64,000 nucleotides of DNA from Marsupella aquatica. Lineage: Eukaryota > Plantae > Marchantiophyta. The notes beneath the pieces were generated by a model, which did no database searches, was not told where the DNA came from, and saw only the letters and a program-made list of their open reading frames with translations. The stretch's first letter is position 1. Every line of letters begins with the position of its first letter. Of the stretch, positions 11,946 to 25,110 are shown piece after piece. A program made the translations under genes and the position numbers. Location: NCBI GenBank assembly GCA_973895155.1, contig OZ316891.1, forward strand, positions 29,561,611 to 29,625,610. The letters are read 5' to 3'.

Positions 11946-13157
11946 CTCCTCAATGACTTTCCTTCGGGAAACAACGGAGTCGCACTGGCAATCTTGCTCT
12001 TCGTTGTTCGATCGTCCGCTCTCTCCCCACGCTTTCTAGGTACGCTCGCCCCACGCTTTTCAGTTCACACTCGGCACACACTTCAGTGTTTACTTACGAA
12101 GGAAGGCTGCTCTCAAGACAATCATGTCTAGAAACTGAGAGGTATCTATGGGCCCACTTTGAGATCTCGATCAAATTCAGTTGGCGAGGAAGAACTTCAT
12201 AAAAGTACCGATGGGGCAGCACACAAAAGGGCTAACACGTCGCTGCTCGTTGGAAGGAAGTATGAAGTGTCGGTTTAAAAATGTCTTTTGGCAGAACATA
12301 TCCAACGTGTAACGAACGTCAGTTTTCAATTAGTAAATCTAAGTTTGCTCAACAGATCACTCCATAGCAGAAGTACGGGTCCACACTATGGGTGAATTGA
12401 CGTCCCAATACAGAAGTCAATGACTTTACAACATAATTATTACAAATCCTCGAAGCTTTTGCAGCATATTATTATTACAATTCTTCGAAGCTTTTGCATC
12501 TTGTTACTGCAACTTTGACCGTCGAACTACATCCGTGAAATCACAGAACATTATTCTCTCGTATTGTTAGGCTAGGTTTCACTGCAGACTGGAATTCGGC
12601 TTTACGAACATTCAATCGTTTGTCCGTTTTAGTTTACGTTTACCTGCAGACTCACTTCGATTTGCTGACGCAGTCGAATTCGTTCTATTTTCGATGCTCG
12701 AAGCCTAATTCGACCTTGAATCTGAGCAGAGTTTCATGTGAATCTCACTAACAATTGATCTACCGGGGAGAGTTTCCGCAATTGAGCTGTTTTGTTAGAG
12801 ATTGTGACTGACCTCGTGATTGTTCCATCGCCGTTTCAGCTCCTCTGGTTCCACCAATCTTCCATTCCTCTGTTGTTTTTGCTTCCGGAGCGAAATTGAC
12901 TCTGATGAATTTGTTGGTTCAGGATGGAATGCTCTGTTTTAGATTGGCACATAGGATTGAATGCTACGTTTTAGTTTCGCACATGCCATAGCTCGAGCTT
13001 AATGTCATCCTCGAGCAAAGAAATTGAAAGAAGCCCTTGAACTTTGGATGTGAGCTATTTCTCCCATGATTTCCTTCACTTTGTAACGCTTTGAAAGTTT
13101 GAAAAGCAATTCCACTACTATAAATGCAGCTTCATCGCCACTTCTTTTGAACAGAGA

Positions 13158-13612
13158 TAGAGGTGAGGACATTCAAGTTTGGTGCTGGATCATGTTCATC
13201 AATTCAACATTCAATTGGTGTCCAGTCACTCCTCACAAACCTCATACTTTTGGGAACCTATAGAGGTGAGGACATTTGAGTTTGGTGCTGGATCATGTTC
13301 ATCAATTGACATTCAATTGGTTTCCAGTCACTCTCACAAAGGGCATTTTTTGGAGATGCACCTTGCTCCCAATTCCTGCTTGCCAGCCCCAACTTCACAA
13401 GCTGCATATTTTTGAAGACTCACCTTGCCCCCAATTACGGTCTGTCACCCCCAACTTGAGTTATGCGGTCTAGAGGCTTCATTCTTCACCATAGATCCCC
13501 AACTTGAGTTATGCAGTCTAGAGACTTAACCCATAATAGATCATGAGGAGTAGGCTCACATTGCAGGCTTCATTCTACACCATAGATCATGAGGAGTAGG
13601 CTCACATTGCAA
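13158..13612. repeat. Cluster of short direct duplications
   Basis: TAGAGGTGAGGACATT...GGTGCTGGATCATGTTCATCAATT at ~13158 and ~13261; CCCCAACTTGAGTTATGC.GTCTAGA at ~13449 and ~13497; ATAGATCATGAGGAGTAGGCTCACATTGCA at ~13536 and ~13582. Confidence 0.75.
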
Positions 13613-13774
13613 TTATGTAGTTAGATGACATGGAACTATTTCATCTGAGGGGAGATTAGTGTGTGAGCTCAGCTGAAATCAACTGTTCAAAGGGAGAGGG
13701 TTGGGTTTCAATCTAGTGTAGAAACCATGAGCAGAACAGGTTATAGTTATTGAGCAGAACGGAAATAAAGCTAA

Positions 13775-14167
13775 GGGGGGCTTTACAAGACGGTGGGAGC
13801 CGTTCAGTCTCTCTCCATCCAAAGCAAAGCTGATGGTCATTTCCTTCCACAAAAGTTAAAATGCTTGAGCCAAAATGTGTCAGGTTTGGAAGTAATCAAT
13901 GCAATTCTTGAAAATAAGCAGCCCTTTGCTCCAAGTTTTTAGACCACCTCAAGAGGAGGTCTAAATTTTGGACAAAAAAGCTTGCACACCTCAGCAAATA
14001 AAGGAGCCCACTCACAGATGACTAGATTAGGTAATGCTTTTGGTTCATTGTGCCCCCACGTTCATGTAAAGTGAAATGTGGCCAGTTCCCACATATGAAT
14101 GGCTAGGATTGCATCTTTCACTTAGAAAAAAAGGAATTGCTGCCCCCAAGTTCTTGTAAAGTCACCC
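13775..14167. mobile_element. Tourist/PIF-Harbinger-like MITE copy 1 (393 bp), TAA TSD
   Basis: TAA|GGGGGGCTTTACAAGA ... TCTTGTAAAGTCACCC|TAA: imperfect 16-bp TIRs and a 3-bp TAA TSD (13772-74, 14168-70). Confidence 0.75.
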
Positions 14168-14170
14168 TAA

Positions 14171-14580
14171 GGGGGGTTTTACAAAGAATATGAGGCTAGT
14201 CTCTTTTCTTTTTTTCTATATGTGAGTTTTTTTTCTATATATGTGAGATGCAATATGAGCCATTCAAATGTGGGAACAGGCAAGATTTCACTTTACATGA
14301 ATTTGTTTCACAAATTGGCAAAACCATTGCCCATCCTAGTCACTGCTAGTGGACTCCTTGTGGGTCCCTTTTTTACAATGTGCCTATTCTTTTCATGAAA
14401 AACCTAGATGTGGTCTAACAACGGACATCTTTATCCAATTCTATTGGGATCTTGCATTTATTTTGTCCACATAGGACACATTTTGGCTATCATATTTTAA
14501 CTTTAGTGTATGCAAGGGACCTCAAAATTGCAATGGGTGAACATAGATTATATCTGCTTCTGAGTTATTGGGGGGCCCAT
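14171..14580. mobile_element. Second, inverted and more degraded copy of the same MITE directly abutting copy 1
   Basis: Begins GGGGGGTTTTACAAAG immediately after the shared TAA. Its body is the reverse complement of copy 1 (e.g. 14247-14301 vs 14061-14115; GACACATTTTGGCT at 14475 vs AGCCAAAATGTGTC at 13868). Right end uncertain. Confidence 0.65.
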
Positions 14581-15179
14581 TGCTTCCTTTATTCCCTGTG
14601 AGATCGAATCTGCACCATATAATGAATAGAAACAACTCGAGTTGTCTTTACAAGTACTTGGGGGGCCATTCAGGTATGGTGTCTATTTATTAAAAACTAT
14701 AATACAAGGTCCCGCCACTTTTTACAATGGTCGTCATACAAATTTGCAGGGCCCAAAAACGTGGGAAGTAAGCAGAATAAAGGGAAGTTGAAAGAAACTG
14801 GAAAATGGAGGCAAAAAGAAATTGGAGGGGATCGAGGAGAAAAGGGAGGGGGAGTATGAAGAAGGATTTGTCCTCCTCGATCCTCCCACCTCCCAGGCCA
14901 TGGTCCCGCCATGGTCCCCTCATGTCAATCATGGCACTATCAATGGTGTTTGTGACATTTGCTAAAGATTACAAATCCAAAGTGAAATCATTTTATTTTG
15001 GTGTTCAGTGCCATTATGTCATTTTTGTTATGGAAGCCCATATAGAGACTATTATTAGCCTCTGCCCAAATGCCTGCCCTTCACCTCTACCCATCTTTCT
15101 CTCTCTTGGGCATGCACCTCTTGCACAGAAACTACCTTTTGTATAGAAGAACTTATCTTACATAAGACATATTTTATTC

Positions 15180-15395
15180 CACAACATCTTTAGCGCAACA
15201 ATGTCCATGCAATGAAATCTTAAACGCAAAAATATTTTCTGTGGAATGATTTCTTTAACACAACATCATCTTTTTACACTTTTGCATCAATGATATCTTT
15301 TCCACAAACCATCTTTTATGCAATGACCTCTTTTGTCGAACGACGTTGATCATGCATTCACATCTTTTACGTAACAACATCTTTTGTGCAACACA
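15180..15395. repeat. Degenerate ~18-bp tandem array (ACATCTTTTAYGCAACA-like)
   Basis: CATCTTT(T)A..CAACA motif recurs about 8 times; looks like TE subterminal repeats. Confidence 0.5.
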
Positions 15396-15479
15396 GATAT
15401 TGGGCTAGTCCTACTGGGCTAGTCCTACATGGCAAGCAGTGGGCCCAAGGAAATGTTGATGTAGAGTTCTTATCCTGTC

Positions 15480-15664
15480 TACAATTTTAGACCACCTCCA
15501 TAGGTGCTTCAAACTTAGGCTCCTTCATGCAAGGCATTTGCATTCATTGAACTTCTTTTCAAGGAGATTTTTGGTGTGAGTTTATCTTTAGAACCAGAAA
15601 TGGCCCTCCAGTTTCCTTGGGTGAAATAAGTCACAAGTGCCTCCCAAGTCTTCTAAAATCCACC
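15480..15664. mobile_element. Third fragmentary copy of the TAA-TSD MITE family
   Basis: TTTAGACCACCTC matches 13938. Ends CTCCCAAGTCTTCTAAAATCCACC|TAA, similar to the reverse complement of the copy-1 left terminus. Confidence 0.45.
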
Positions 15665-16652
15665 TAAAGCTGACATTCAATTTCACAAACCCCTAACTGT
15701 TTGTGACAACTTGAATCTCTTCATTCAATCTGTTAAGTAAAACACACTGTTATTGTCTGTAATTAAGGTGATCAAATCCGGGTGAGTAAACTACTACTTA
15801 TATAGCATGAATCCAGGGTGAGTTCGTCATGGTGTCTTAGTTGAAATACTCAGGATTCAGATAGGGGCTGAAACTGCAAGGGTTTGGGGATATGGTTTGC
15901 TCTAAGTCACTAGCAGTTCTCTTGGAGAAGAATGAGATAACTTCAAGTTGACAACATTGCCCCCGACCTTAACCAAAGTTTCATGAGTATCTCCCAAAGT
16001 ATCTGTGTTGGTGCAAGAACTTAAAACTCATTCATGGGCCTAACAATCTGGATGGCTCCTTGTTAACGTCAGGGTTCTGTACACGGGGATGATTCTCCAA
16101 GTGAAACTCAAAATAGTGCCTGGCTTGGGGCCTCACAAGGTGGTCAGCTCTGTGCCACTCAAAGTTAGGATGAAACAGGGGGTGAGATTGTTACTGCCCC
16201 TTCTTATCATGCAGAGCAGGTGGCCATTGACTCCCTGCTGGCCTGCTCACAACTATACTCACACCTTATTTGAGATGTTTATGATTTCATTTTGCTGCTT
16301 TAAACAAGTTACTTACCATGTTTCTTGCATTTTGGCGCACTGTTGCCCTTTCCTAAAAAAAAAAATTTGAAAAGGGCACCGATGTTTCCGCCCTCTTACA
16401 TTATGGACAACTCTAATAGGCTATGAGAATATTAAGGCTCTCTAAAATGCTGAATCCTTATTGTAACACAGGTTGACAGTTCAGGTCAATGTACTGGCCG
16501 GTTGGGCTAACTTCATTTGTATTTTTCAGTACTAAACAGTGGCCTTATCTGATGCAAAGAAAGAAGAAGAGGAAAGAGACTCCTTATTTGGGGAAAAAAA
16601 TCCTTGGAACCACCATAGAGACAATGTCAGGCTGTTTGTGTCTGCTGCATAC

Positions 16653-16996
16653 TGTTGAGCATAGACGATATTCGTAACGGCAAGCCCATGAACCATCCAA
16701 CGCACAATAGTCGACATAGAGAGATACGTGGTTCACCTCCACATGAGGCTACGTCCATGGGAACACACAAAAGCTTTACTGCACTCTAGGCCGACCGGCC
16801 ATACCAAGCATCCACAGCACAAGCTCTCCTTATCTCTCAACTAGCTCCGTAACAATGAGCCTAAGATCCACCAGGGTCTGGCATCAGCCCTGGATATATA
16901 CACAACAGCACTATCGCTAACATTAGCTAAGTTCTAACCCGAGTTAGCCTAACTGTAGTTAGCTCGTGAGTCACAAGACTAGAGCAATATCTAACA
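16653..16996 (-). repeat. 3' LTR (344 bp)
   Basis: Direct repeat of 23234-23591; adjacent to the PPT complement AACTCCCCCT. Confidence 0.95.
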
Positions 16997-17203
16997 AACT
17001 CCCCCTTGACTCTTGTCTTGGGGACTAAACTAAATGCTATCATATGGAATCCTCAGCGGGAAGTTCTAGACAATCACCAAACCAGGTCTCCCCCTAAAAA
17101 CCACAAGGGTTAACTAAGGGTTAACTAGAACTAAGCTGTAGCCAAACAGGAATGAGTAATCCATATACAAATAATCACACATTGCTAAATAACTCTACTT
17201 GCA

Positions 17204-20200
17204 CTACAACAATTGCAAAACCTGCAAAGTAGCACGGTGTTTTGAGAAACTCTCCAAAGGAATCACTTTGGTAAAGGCATCAGCGGGATTGAGCTTTCCA
17301 TCAATCTTGACTAGCTCAAAAGTTTTATCAGACACTGCTTGCCTGATAAAATGGTACCTGATATCAATGTGTTTCACCCTGCTATCCATCATCTGGTTAG
17401 CAGCCAAGTGAAGAACACTCTGACTATCACAGTTTAGAGTCATTTTACCATGCTCTAAACCCATCTTTGCGATCAACTTATCCAACCAAATTGCTTCCTT
17501 TGCTGCTTCTGCTGCTGCAACACACTCTAATTCTATAGTAGACTGAGATATGCACTTTTGCAAGGTAGATTTCCAACTGATACATCCTCCTCCAAGAGTG
17601 TATACAAACCCAGTTGTAGACCTCCTTGTATCCAGACAGCCTCCATAGGCAGAATCTACATAGCCAACTAATGTTCTATTTTATCTGTTATCAAATAGTA
17701 ATCCATAGTCCTGTGTTCCCTTCATATACCTGAGAATCCACTTCACAGCTTCCCAATGTACCTTCCCTGGATTTGACATGAATCTGCTAACCTTGCCCAT
17801 CGCTAGTGCCCAGTCAGGCCTAGTACAAGTCATCAAATACATCAGACTGCCTATTGCCTTCTCATAAGGAATCTTAGCCATCAGACCTTTCTCCACAGCA
17901 TCCGTACTAGGAGAGAAAGCCGATGATAATTTGAAATGTGAAGCTAAAGGAATACTCACTGGCTTACAATTCTTCATGTTGAATCGTGCAAGTACTTTCC
18001 TCGCATACTGGCCTTGACTCAAGCACAATTGTCCAGTATCAGAGTTCCTAAAAATCTCCATCCCTAAGATCCTTTTGGCCTTACCAAGATCCTTCATTCT
18101 GAATTCAACACTCAATTTCGCCTTGAGATTGTCAACCTTAGATTGATCTTTAGTCACAATAAGCATGTCATCCACATAGATCACCAGAATGATGAAACCA
18201 AATACATCATTCTTGAATGATTTTGTATACACACAAGGATCATACACTATCCTTGTAAAACCTTGAGCAAGCATAAAATTATCAAACCGCTTGTTTCACT
18301 GTCTGGGAGATTGTTTCAATCCATACAAGGACTTGAGCAATTTGCAAACTAAGTTCTCCTGGCCTTTCTTCATAAAGCCTAGTGGTTGTTTCATGAAGAT
18401 CAACTCTTCCAAGTTGCCATAGAGAAAAGCAATAACAACATCCATTTGATCCATCACCAGACCAAAAAACACAACAAGTTGACACAAGATCCGAATTGTG
18501 GAATACTTAGTCACCAATGAAAAGACCTCATTGTAATCCACTCCTTTCTCCTGAGTGAATCCCTTGGCAACAAGCCTTGCCTTGTAGATCTTATCTCCAC
18601 CCTCTGAAGGACTATCCTTCAACTTGTAAATCCACTTGCTGTCTGCTGACCTCTTGGAAGCTCCACCAGCTCCCATGTCTTGTTGTCACTCAAAGATTGC
18701 AATTCTCTCTGCATTGTTGCATTCCACTCATGCTTCTGCTCTGAAGCACAAGCCTCACTGTACGAAGAAGACTCTCCTTCTTCCAAGATCAAAGCCATGT
18801 CATCATCATCAGGTGCAATGTCAATATCATCTAGCTTAGATGAGTCTGCCCATTGACCATACCTGGTAGGAGCTCTAGTAGAACGAGTGGAAGTTCTTCT
18901 AGTAGATGACTCAGGCTGATCTGCTACTGCTGGTGGTTGAATTTGAGGTACCCCAGCAACAATCTGCTCAGGACCTCTTGTTCCATCACAAGAACCAGCT
19001 CCAAGCCCGGAGCTTCTCCATCTCTCCTATCATGAACAACATCATGACTAATCTCCCCCTCAACCCGGTCCGGGATGAGAGATTTCCCCTTGTCAGTATG
19101 GGAGTCCTGAGAACTCTCCCCCTCCTTTGATGATCTGGATTCATTAGAGGACACATATCTACTGACAATTAGCTTACAGGTTAACCTATAACCCTTCACA
19201 CCTTTTTGATAGCCAAGGAAAATGCACTTCTTCAACTTGGACTCTAGCTTGGATCGAAGCTGGGAAGGTGTAAGCACATAAGCATCACTTCCAAAAATCT
19301 TAAGATGTGAATAATCTGCTGGACACCCGTAGCTCAATTCAAATGGCGTCTTGAATCCAATAGAACTGGATGGATAATTTTTTTCCAAATAAGCTACAGT
19401 GTTGACAGCTTCAGCCCAAAACTCATGTGGTAAGCATGATTGACTCAACATACTCCTCGAGCGGTCCAATAGTGTTCGGTTGAGTCTCTCAGAAACACCA
19501 TTTTGCTGAGGAGTATAACTTGTTGTGAGATGGCGGGTAATCCCCTGCTCCTTACAATACGTTCCAAATTCCCCGGAAGTGTATTCACCGTCGTTATCCG
19601 ATCAAAGATATCTCACCTTATTACTAGTCTGATTCTTAACTTGGGCTTTCCACTCCTTAAAAGTGGCAAAAACATCAGACTTATTGTGTATAAAGTATAT
19701 CCACACATACCTTGAGTAATCGTCAATGAACGTGACATAGTATAATTGTCCAGAATGTGAGGGAGTAGAGGCTGGACCCCACACATCACTATGTACATAC
19801 TCAAGTATCTCCTTGCTGGTGTGAGTGCCAACTCCAAAGGGTTTCCTGTGCTGCTTTCCAAGCACACAATGCTCACAAAATTCCAACTTACAAGATTACA
19901 AATTAGAAAATAATCCTTTCTTCTGAAGAATAACCAAACCTTTTTCACTCATGTGGCCCAAACGAAAGTGCCACAGCCGGGCAGTCTCCTCATGAGATAA
20001 GGTTACATTGGCTTCATTACAAACAACACTGCCTTCCAAAACGTATAGATTGCTATGTCTCTTTCCCTTCAATACAACTTTAGTACCAGTTGAAACCTGA
20101 AGGACACCATTAGTAGAACTCCACTGATGGCCATTTGCTTCTAAAACTCCAAGTGAAATGAGATTTTTCATCATGCTGGGAATGTGTCTCACATTCCTCA

Positions 20201-21468
20201 ACGTTCTTACAGCACCATCAAACATCTGAAATCTTACAGATCCAAGTCCAACAACTTGACATGGGATTCCATTTCCCATCAACATTGACCCATTGGAAAC
20301 CATGTAAGAACTGAAAACATCTCTCCTAGAGCAAATGTGAAAAGTACATGCACTATCTAGAATCCAATCATCACTACCTGGATTTGACACTACGTTGAGA
20401 GCATAACCTTGGCATCACAATATGTCATCATCATCAAGTAAATCTACCTCATGCGAGCTCGATGTCGCGTTAGCAGATGCAGTAGGGACCTTTACTCGAC
20501 AATCCCTTTTCATGTGGCCAGGCTTGCCACAATTTCAACATGCAAGAGACTTCCTCTCTTGCGATTTCCCTCTAGATTTAGATCTCCCCCGTGATGTAGA
20601 TCTAAACTTGTTTTGCCCATTCGTGCGCTACGTTGCTCTTCCCCTGTTCACATTGAGCGCAGTGCCAGAAGAAGGTGCTGTTTGTGATTGACCTAGCTTC
20701 TTCTGAGCATCATCAAACAGTAAAGAGCTCACCACCTCATTATACAAAATAGACTTCAGATCTCTATACAAGAGCATCTGTTTTAAGCCCTGATATGATG
20801 GCGGTAAGGAGCTTAGTAGAAGCAAGGCCTTATCCTCATCTTCAACTCCTTTTCCCAGGTTTGACAGATCCATTGCTAGACTGTCAAACTCATCCAAGTG
20901 ATCCTGCATCTTGCTCCCTTCCTTGAGCCTGAGGCTCATCAAGAGAAACTTCTTGTACAGTCGGTCTGACGCATCTTCCCGGTAGTACTTCTCTCTTAGA
21001 GCCTTGAACAGTGATGCGCAATCTGCATAATCATCCAGTTGCTTGATGATGTGCGGCTTGAGATAGCATCACTGCGTTGACAGCAATCACCTGCTCCTGT
21101 CTCCACTATCTCACAGAAATCTCCTCCTCTTCATCATACTGCTCTCGTGAAGAAAGCAGATGAGCTAAGCCCATGGCCCGTAGAACACCCTTCACTTGCT
21201 TCTCCCAGAGCAAGTAATCAGTACGACCATCGTACTCATCCACCTCAAACTTCACTCCTCCAAATCTAGCAATCTCCCTCTTCTTCCCTACTACCGATAG
21301 CTCTGGTAGTAATACAACTTCCTCCACTACACGCCGCACCGGTGATTGTACCGGTGTCACTAGTTCCTCCTCAAACGGTAGCAGCTCCTCCTCAGACTCA
21401 CCGTCTGATCATCGTGATCCTGAAGCTCCACTGACGCCAATTCTTCCAGTATCCTCCGAGTCACTCAT
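17204..21468 (-). pseudogene. Copia gag-pol polyprotein with multiple stops and frameshifts
   Basis: KFEVDEYDGRTDYLLWEKQV (gag N-terminus); KALLLLSSLPPSY (UBN2); zinc knuckle C*NCGKPGHMKRDC; WILDSACTFHIC (protease); LWHFRLGHMSEKG, CEHCVLGKQ, VHSDVWGP, FIDDYSR (integrase); YKARLVAKGFTQ, YGLKQSPRQ, IYVDDMLI (RT); KHIDIRYHFIR, NPADAFTK (RNase H). Confidence 0.93.
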
Positions 21469-23233
21469 ATGAAACAATCACGAAAAAACATCTTTTTTCA
21501 AAACTTCTCATAAAACTCAAAACTCAACACCGCCGTGTAGCCCACAAATCTAGGAGTCCAATACTGAAAGCCGAAATCAAAATCAAAATTTGACGGAAAA
21601 GTTATTCAAATTTTGGTTGGGATGGGTAAAACCTTGGGAAACTCCCCCGTTTTGACCACCTCGAAGAATAACCAAAATACCCAGTACAACCCGTCATAGG
21701 AATCGCGATGTGATCGGTGCGCCGCATTGCTAACTCTAGTGGCAACGCCCTTGCCAAAAAAGAACCAAAAAAGTTACCGTTTGGCGGATGAAATCTTTGT
21801 CGGATGGCCAAAAAACAGCTCTCTATTTTTTGGGAATATTCCCGCACAGTCCGACAGGTCTCACAGGGGGCCGTTCCCCTATCGGAGCGGTTAAAATGGA
21901 GGGCGGCAGGTCCCGGCACCAAGTAAAACAAGAGGAAGCGAAGAGGAGGAAAAAAAGCCTAAAATAGGCCCTAAAGGAGTGCAAAGCGCCTTAAATCCAA
22001 AAAATAGGAGTATAAAAAGGCGCATCTGCATTGCCTATACGCGAGGCGGGCCAGGGCGTGTACAGGGCGTCAAGGTGGGGGCCAGGAGTAAAATACGGCT
22101 GTGTACGCAGCCAAAGACGGGGTCCCGGGGGCGTACCATCGCCGTGCGCTGTGGAGGGGCGCCGGCAGAAGGCAGGCGCGAGGTGGGAGAACTGGGGGCG
22201 CAGGGCGAAGGCAGGGCCGGCCGACAGAGGGAGTTCCCCGGCTTACGCAGGCAGGTGGAGCGTGAGGCGGCCGGCTGGCAGCCGAGCGCAAAACGGTGTT
22301 AAAGGGGGGGGCCCAGGCCTGGCCTGGGTGACCGGCGAGCGGGGAGGGTATGGCCATGGTGCGCGCTGGCCGGCACTGTGGACCCCGCCATTATAAACGG
22401 GGTGTGGGGAGGGGGCAGGGATACAAATACAAGGGGGGGTGCGGGGCCAGCACAAGGTGTGTATACACCTCGTGTGTATACACACAAATATAACCCTTTA
22501 AACCCCCCTATAAAGGCAAAAAAAACTCCCCCTGATAAGTGAAAGAAAAACTCACCTAAAAAGCCGTTGTTTGATCCAAACAAAGTGAACGCCGCCGACG
22601 GGAAATGTTTCCGAATTTCACCGGCACAGTCTGCAGCTCCAGCAGAGTAAACAATGTCCGCCGCGTCGCCTTCACTCCGCGTGAAGTGCCAATCCCGGGC
22701 TCAAAACGACCGCCTTGCCGCGATCAAACCGTTGAGCCGTAGCACTTTGCGTTTCTTCCACCGAGTAGGACGTCATGAAGAGAAACCCGGTTCAAATGAG
22801 AACAAGCTCCATAGCTTGTGAAAAAACTTGAACGCCTCCTTCACTTGTCATGACGCACTCGATAACATCTCGGCAGCAATCCAGCTACCGAAACGACCAG
22901 CTCGCATAAACCTTCAACTTGAGCTATAATGTGCAATCCCTCCCGCACCGCACAACTCACACCGTTGAAAAAATGCGAACTCTGGTCTCTCCCCCGAAAA
23001 GCCGTCGAACACGAATAAAACCTGAACAACGCAAATTTCAATTCCTCCGCACCACGGATACCAATCAGCGAGTTCTAACCACCGTTAGAAAGCCCTCTCA
23101 CTAACCTATCCGCTTAGCCACACACATTTGAGTTTCATGCGACGAAACTCCGAATGTACCATCGACAATGAACGCTGGAAAAAACCCGTCATGAAAAAAC
23201 CTCGTCACCTCCCAGGCATGCTCTGATACCACT

Positions 23234-23591
23234 TGTTGAGCATAGACGACATTCTATCATCCATGGAGCCCATGAACCATCCAACGCAAATAGTTGACAC
23301 AAAGAGATACGTGGTTCACCTCCACATGAGGTTACGTCCACGGGAACACACAAGAGCTTTACTGCACTCTAGGCCGACCAGCCCGCCGACCGGCCATACC
23401 AAGCATCCACAGCACAAGCTCTCCCTATCTCTCAACTAGCTCTGTAACAATGAGCCTATGTTCCACCAGGGTCTGGCATCAGCCCTGGCTATATACACAA
23501 CAGCACTACCGCTAACATTAGCTAAGTCCTAACCCGAGTTAGCCTAACTGTAGTTAGCTCATGAGTCACAAGACTAGAGCAATATCTAACA
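23234..23591 (-). repeat. 5' LTR (358 bp)
   Basis: Adjacent to the PBS; carries a 12-bp internal duplication absent from the 3' LTR. Confidence 0.95.
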
Positions 23592-23929
23592 CATACTGCC
23601 TGCTTTCCAAGCCCTTGGCACATGATATAGATATAAATAAATACTAGAAATGGGCCACTATTTTGTAAAGCAGGTTGTGGGTAAGTTGTAGATCATTTGA
23701 GTGGGGGGACCAAAGTTTTGGGGCAAAAATATATTTTTCCTTTTGACGCAAACCCCACCAAAGTTTGACACCTGGAAAAATATATGACATCATTTCAGTT
23801 TGTGCCGGCAGTGGACGGGTTGTTGCCAGTCCAAACGCTATAAAATACGCTTCCAGGAATATGTCTCCCTGGAGACTCTTGTCGTACCATATGTTGACTC
23901 TAGGATAGTATAGGGATCCCCTTATCTCC

Positions 23930-25110
23930 CTACCCGCAATCAATCTGCAAGCAATGGGTGGCAAGACCTTCAAGAAAATGTTTCAGTTCAGCAAAGAAGA
24001 TTTTTAATTGTGTCATGAAACAACAATGCCAAACATTTGTAATCATTAAAACTCAAGCAACAGCGTCTGTTGAAGAAGAGTTTGCCAATGGTTTGAGGAG
24101 GAGGCTAACATCATCTTACAGATTTGCAGATTTGAGGGATGTTTAGTGGGTCTAGTGGAGATTTTTCATCTTTCACCACAAAGGTCCTTTCACACATCCA
24201 TGGAAAGCATGAACATTGGTTACACTACAAGTTTTCACTATTATGTAATAAAAAGGTATTGAAGCAAGAATGATGTTGCTGCTGTCTACTCTAGAATTGG
24301 GGCCCTCGTTACTTGCATTAGCTTTATTGATGGTACACATCATCCAATATGTTGCCCTGCATATTTCCAGAGGATGTTGTTTACTTGGGGGTTAGTTTAG
24401 TGTATGTTTTTTGATACCATGTGTGGTGCTTGTGATTAAATACCCCTATTTTATAAAGAGAGTATTCTATACAAATTTTCATCTTGAATCTTAAATAATC
24501 TACTGTAATTAATATAAGGGTATACATTAAGGAATTATTCTAGTTCTGTCTAAATTGTAAACACCTGATTTTAGTTTGGACAGTTTATAATACTTTGGTC
24601 AAAATAGTATGACCCCTCAAGGTTCTTCAATGGTGAGTCACAAACTAGTAAATTATGTGAAGAATCTGTCTGTAACTACACCAGATGGATTAATTGTTCA
24701 CCTTGGCATGATGTGGGTACACTTCATGATTCAGGACTCTTACATATAATCTCTCAGCATTAAAACATGGTGACACTGAGTATACCATCTATAGTGATGC
24801 AGTAAATGTCTAAACGTCATTTTTCAAAATTGGGCTCAAGAACATTTGTCAAAATCCCTGCACAACAAAAGTTCAACAAGGCCATGAACCCTACAAGAGC
24901 TGCAGTGGAGGAGGGCTTGGCTTGTACAATAGTGGGGCTTCTTGGATTTGAGAAAGATTAAAAGTAGATCATTGCTTCAACTCATCTAAGGAATGCATCT
25001 TGTCGCTATGTTGTTGACAAACATGAACACTTGCATCTATGAGAGTGAGGGAACTTGCTTTTTTATTATAACGCATCTTCCATACAGAAGTACTTCCACT
25101 ACAATGCCTA
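23930..25110 (+). pseudogene. Degraded PIF/Harbinger (DDE_Tnp_4-type) transposase
   Basis: In-order remnants: MFQFSKEDF, LRRRLTSSYRFADL (HTH region), GALVTCISFIDGTHHPICCP (first D), SVTTPDGLIVHL, GTLHDSGLL, YTIYSDA (second D), FNKAMNPTRAAVEEG (E), WGFLD, VAMLLTNMNTCIYE. Broken by stops and frameshifts. Confidence 0.8.

Larger units (their letters stand above)
16653..23591 (-). mobile_element. Full-length Ty1/copia LTR retrotransposon (6939 bp), decayed
   Basis: LTRs TGTTG...TAACA at 16653-16996 and 23234-23591; 5-bp TSD CATAC (16648-52, 23592-96); PBS TGGTATCAGAGC (tRNA-iMet) at 23220-23231 on - strand; PPT AGGGGGAGTT next to the 3' LTR; domain order GAG-PR-INT-RT-RH. Confidence 0.97.

Noticed and set aside
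21602-22583. Several overlapping 80-120 aa ORFs in the copia leader as an extra (env-like) gene
   Set aside because: Low-complexity G/P/R/A-rich ORFs in multiple frames are expected from the high GC; no TM segment or recognisable domain.
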